In this document: positions 62,082 through 64,000 of the stretch, one piece after another
Numbering within the stretch: position 1 is the first letter of the stretch
Layout: each line of letters opens with the position of its first letter
NCBI GenBank assembly: GCA_965209205.1
Contig: CBDBQC010000003.1
Location: 822,882-886,881, forward strand
Length of the DNA: 64,000 nucleotides
Reading direction: 5' to 3'
DNA from: Dehalococcoidia bacterium
GTDB lineage: Bacteria; Chloroflexota; Dehalococcoidia; Bin125
Notes under the pieces: model-generated
The model's input: the letters and a program-made list of their open reading frames with translations, nothing else
The model's database searches: none
Told to the model about the DNA's origin: nothing
Translations under genes and position numbers: made by a program

Positions 62082-62765
62082 ATGCGCGTCGTCACGGGCA
62101 AGACGAGCGAAGAGATGGCGTCGGCCGAGTTCGGGCGCTTGGCCGCCCCCTACGACACCCGTTGGCTCGACATCGGCGCCGGCGACGGCGCGCTCACCTA
62201 CCGGCTGGCGGCCCAGTTCCCCGACGTGCTCTGCCTGGGCCTCGACCCGAACGCGGAGGCGATGGCTGTGAACGCGCGCCGCGCCCGGCGCAAGCCCGAG
62301 CGCGGTGGCCGCGCCAACTGCCTCTTCGTCGTGGGCGCCGTCGAGGCGCCGCCCGCGGAGCTGGCCGGGTTGGCGGGGGCGATCACGATCAACTTCCCCT
62401 GGGCGCGGCTGCTCGAGATCGTGCTGGGGGTTGCTGATGGCGACGCGCCCGCCCTCGCCGCGGCGCTGTCGGCGCTGGCCGCGCCCGATTGCGCGCTGCA
62501 ACTCCTGCTCAACGAGGTCACCGAGCTGCCGGCCGTCCCCACGGTCGAGCCCGCCATGCTGGCCGAGCGGCTGGCTCCGGCGTTCGCCGCGACCGGCTTC
62601 GGGATCGACGCCGCCGGCTGGCTGGCGACGGATGCGCGCGTGCGCAGCCGCTGGGGCGGGCGGCTGATCCGGGGCAGCGGCCGGCGCGTCGTGCGGCTGC
62701 GGGCGTCGCGCGGCGCGCCCGGCGATCGCGCCCGCGCGATCCTGGACGGAGTCGCGACGGTCTAA
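62082..62765 (+). CDS. 16S rRNA m1A1408 methyltransferase homologue (NpmA/KamB family)
   Basis: LDIGAGDG, GLDP, RKPERGG.ANCLFV, INFPW and SRWGGRL, colinear with NpmA motifs as recalled from memory. Confidence 0.8.
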   Translation: MRVVTGKTSEEMASAEFGRLAAPYDTRWLDIGAGDGALTYRLAAQFPDVLCLGLDPNAEAMAVNARRARRKPERGGRANCLFVVGAVEAPPAELAGLAGAITINFPWARLLEIVLGVADGDAPALAAALSALAAPDCALQLLLNEVTELPAVPTVEPAMLAERLAPAFAATGFGIDAAGWLATDARVRSRWGGRLIRGSGRRVVRLRASRGAPGDRARAILDGVATV

Positions 62766-63610
62766 CCGCGCCGCTCCTCAACGATCTTCGTGAGCCGGTC
62801 CAACTCCGGCATCACCTCGTCGGCCCCCGCCGAGGGCAGCATGAAGATGCACCGCGCGACGCCCATCTGCTCGTAGGCGTCGAGGTCGGCCGGCTCGGCG
62901 CCGAAGACCGACGTGGGGATCGCGTCGGCGTCGCGGCCCAGCGCCGTGGCCCGCTCGCGGATGTCGGCCATGCCGCGCTCGATGCGGTCGGGCCGCGGTA
63001 TGTTAGGCAGCCAGCCGTCGCCCCACTCGGCGACGCGCTGCCGGGCCCAGCGACTGCCCGCCCCGATGTACACGGGCGGGTGCGGCGACTGCGCCGGCTT
63101 GGGGTAGCTGAACGTGCGCGGGACGCTCACGTAGCGGCCGTGGTATTCGGCCTCCTCCTCCGTCCATAGCGCCTTCATCGCGGCCACCCGTTCCGCCGTC
63201 ACCTGCCAGCGCCGCTCGAACGGCGTCCCCAGCGGCTCCATCTCCTCCCGCAGCCAGCCCGCGCCGATGCCGAACAGGAAGCGCCCGCCCGACATCAGGT
63301 CCAGCGTCGCGATGCGCTTGGCCAGCGCGATCGGCTCATGCTCGGTGACGAGGCAGATGCCGGTGCCGACCTTCAGCGTCGTCGTCTTGGCCGCGACCCC
63401 GGCCAGCAGCGTGAGCGGGTCCTGACAGCGGAAATACGGTTCCGGCAGCGACCCGTCGGGCGTGCCCGGGAACGGCGTCTCGCGGCGCACGGGCATGTGC
63501 ACGTGCTCCGGCACCCAGAACGAGTCGAAGCCGCGCGCCTCGACTTCCGGCCCCAACTCGAGCGCCGGGATCGCCTTGTCGGTCGCGAAGATGAAGATTC
63601 CGTAGTCCAT
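62762..63610 (-). CDS. LLM-class F420-dependent oxidoreductase (Rv2161c-like)
   Basis: FWVPEHVHMP, HEPIALAKRIATLD..SGGR and PKPAQSPHPP motifs. Confidence 0.92.
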   Translation of the reverse strand: MDYGIFIFATDKAIPALELGPEVEARGFDSFWVPEHVHMPVRRETPFPGTPDGSLPEPYFRCQDPLTLLAGVAAKTTTLKVGTGICLVTEHEPIALAKRIATLDLMSGGRFLFGIGAGWLREEMEPLGTPFERRWQVTAERVAAMKALWTEEEAEYHGRYVSVPRTFSYPKPAQSPHPPVYIGAGSRWARQRVAEWGDGWLPNIPRPDRIERGMADIRERATALGRDADAIPTSVFGAEPADLDAYEQMGVARCIFMLPSAGADEVMPELDRLTKIVEERRG

Positions 63611-63647
63611 TGCTCCTCCTCTGTTGGTGCGGGCGTCGACGGAGAGG

Positions 63648-64000
63648 CTAGCGTCTCCGACCCCCGCGGGGCGCGCCCGCGCCCGGCTTGCGGGCGCTGT
63701 GCAGCGCGACGGCGCCCAGGCCCATGCGTTCGTAGCCGGGCCCGGCCGCGCCCGCCGCGCGCAGCAGCGCGACCATCGAATCCGCGTCGGGATGACCCTC
63801 GAGCGAGCGCCGCAGGTAGTGGTAGGCCGACCGCCGCCCCGACGCCCAGCCCGCCGCCGGCGTCACCACCCGCTCGACGCCGAAGCGCGTCAGCGCTCCC
63901 CACGCCCCCGGCGGGGCGTGTGTCATGTCGAGCGCCACCAGCCGGCCGCCGGGCCGCAGCACGCGCAGCATCTCGGCGAACGCGGCCGGCAGGTCGGTCA
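63648..64000 (-). CDS. UbiE/MenG-type methyltransferase, C-terminal part (runs off the window)
   Basis: DLPAAFAEMLRVLRPGGRL...AYHYLRRSL. Confidence 0.8.
   Translation of the reverse strand, partial: TDLPAAFAEMLRVLRPGGRLVALDMTHAPPGAWGALTRFGVERVVTPAAGWASGRRSAYHYLRRSLEGHPDADSMVALLRAAGAAGPGYERMGLGAVALHSARKPGAGAPRGGRRR

Overview
High-GC bacterial chromosome segment with mostly core metabolism. The lineage is probably Chloroflexota/Dehalococcoidia-like; this is inference from several F420-type LLM/PPOX paralogues, an SCO1664-family gene and a GTAC-N4-GTTC LexA-type box. Core genes include leuC-leuD-leuB and cimA, korAB, a split PurH (AICAR transformylase plus a separate IMP cyclohydrolase), pepN, metK-ahcY-metF divergent from metH, nhaA, a xanthine-dehydrogenase-family M-S-L cluster and tRNA-Pro(CGG). 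The most unusual structure is a two-copy module (about 3470-6122 and 31012-33694). Each copy has a conserved upstream region: two GTGGATAAC (DnaA-box-like) repeats, TTGACA, a poly-G tract of 20 or 15 G, an extended -10 and two 5'-UTR hairpins. Each drives an orphan Tat lipoprotein with a near-identical Ala-rich stalk of about 210 aa and a much more divergent family-5 solute-binding head. Both copies are bracketed by direct copies of a dispersed palindromic repeat family, and an IS5 element sits exactly in the loop of one palindrome. My working hypothesis is a phase-variable repertoire of stalked binding proteins with a constant base and variable head. Other notable items are a chromosomal NpmA/Kam-like 16S m1A1408 methyltransferase homologue, a 1150-bp tandem duplication of a diiron ferritin-like gene with mostly non-synonymous differences, a MoaD/ThiS protein with a masked Gly-Gly, a HicAB pair inside the leu operon, and a candidate Ile/Val leader peptide before cimA. 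All counts and alignments were done by eye and no databases were searched.
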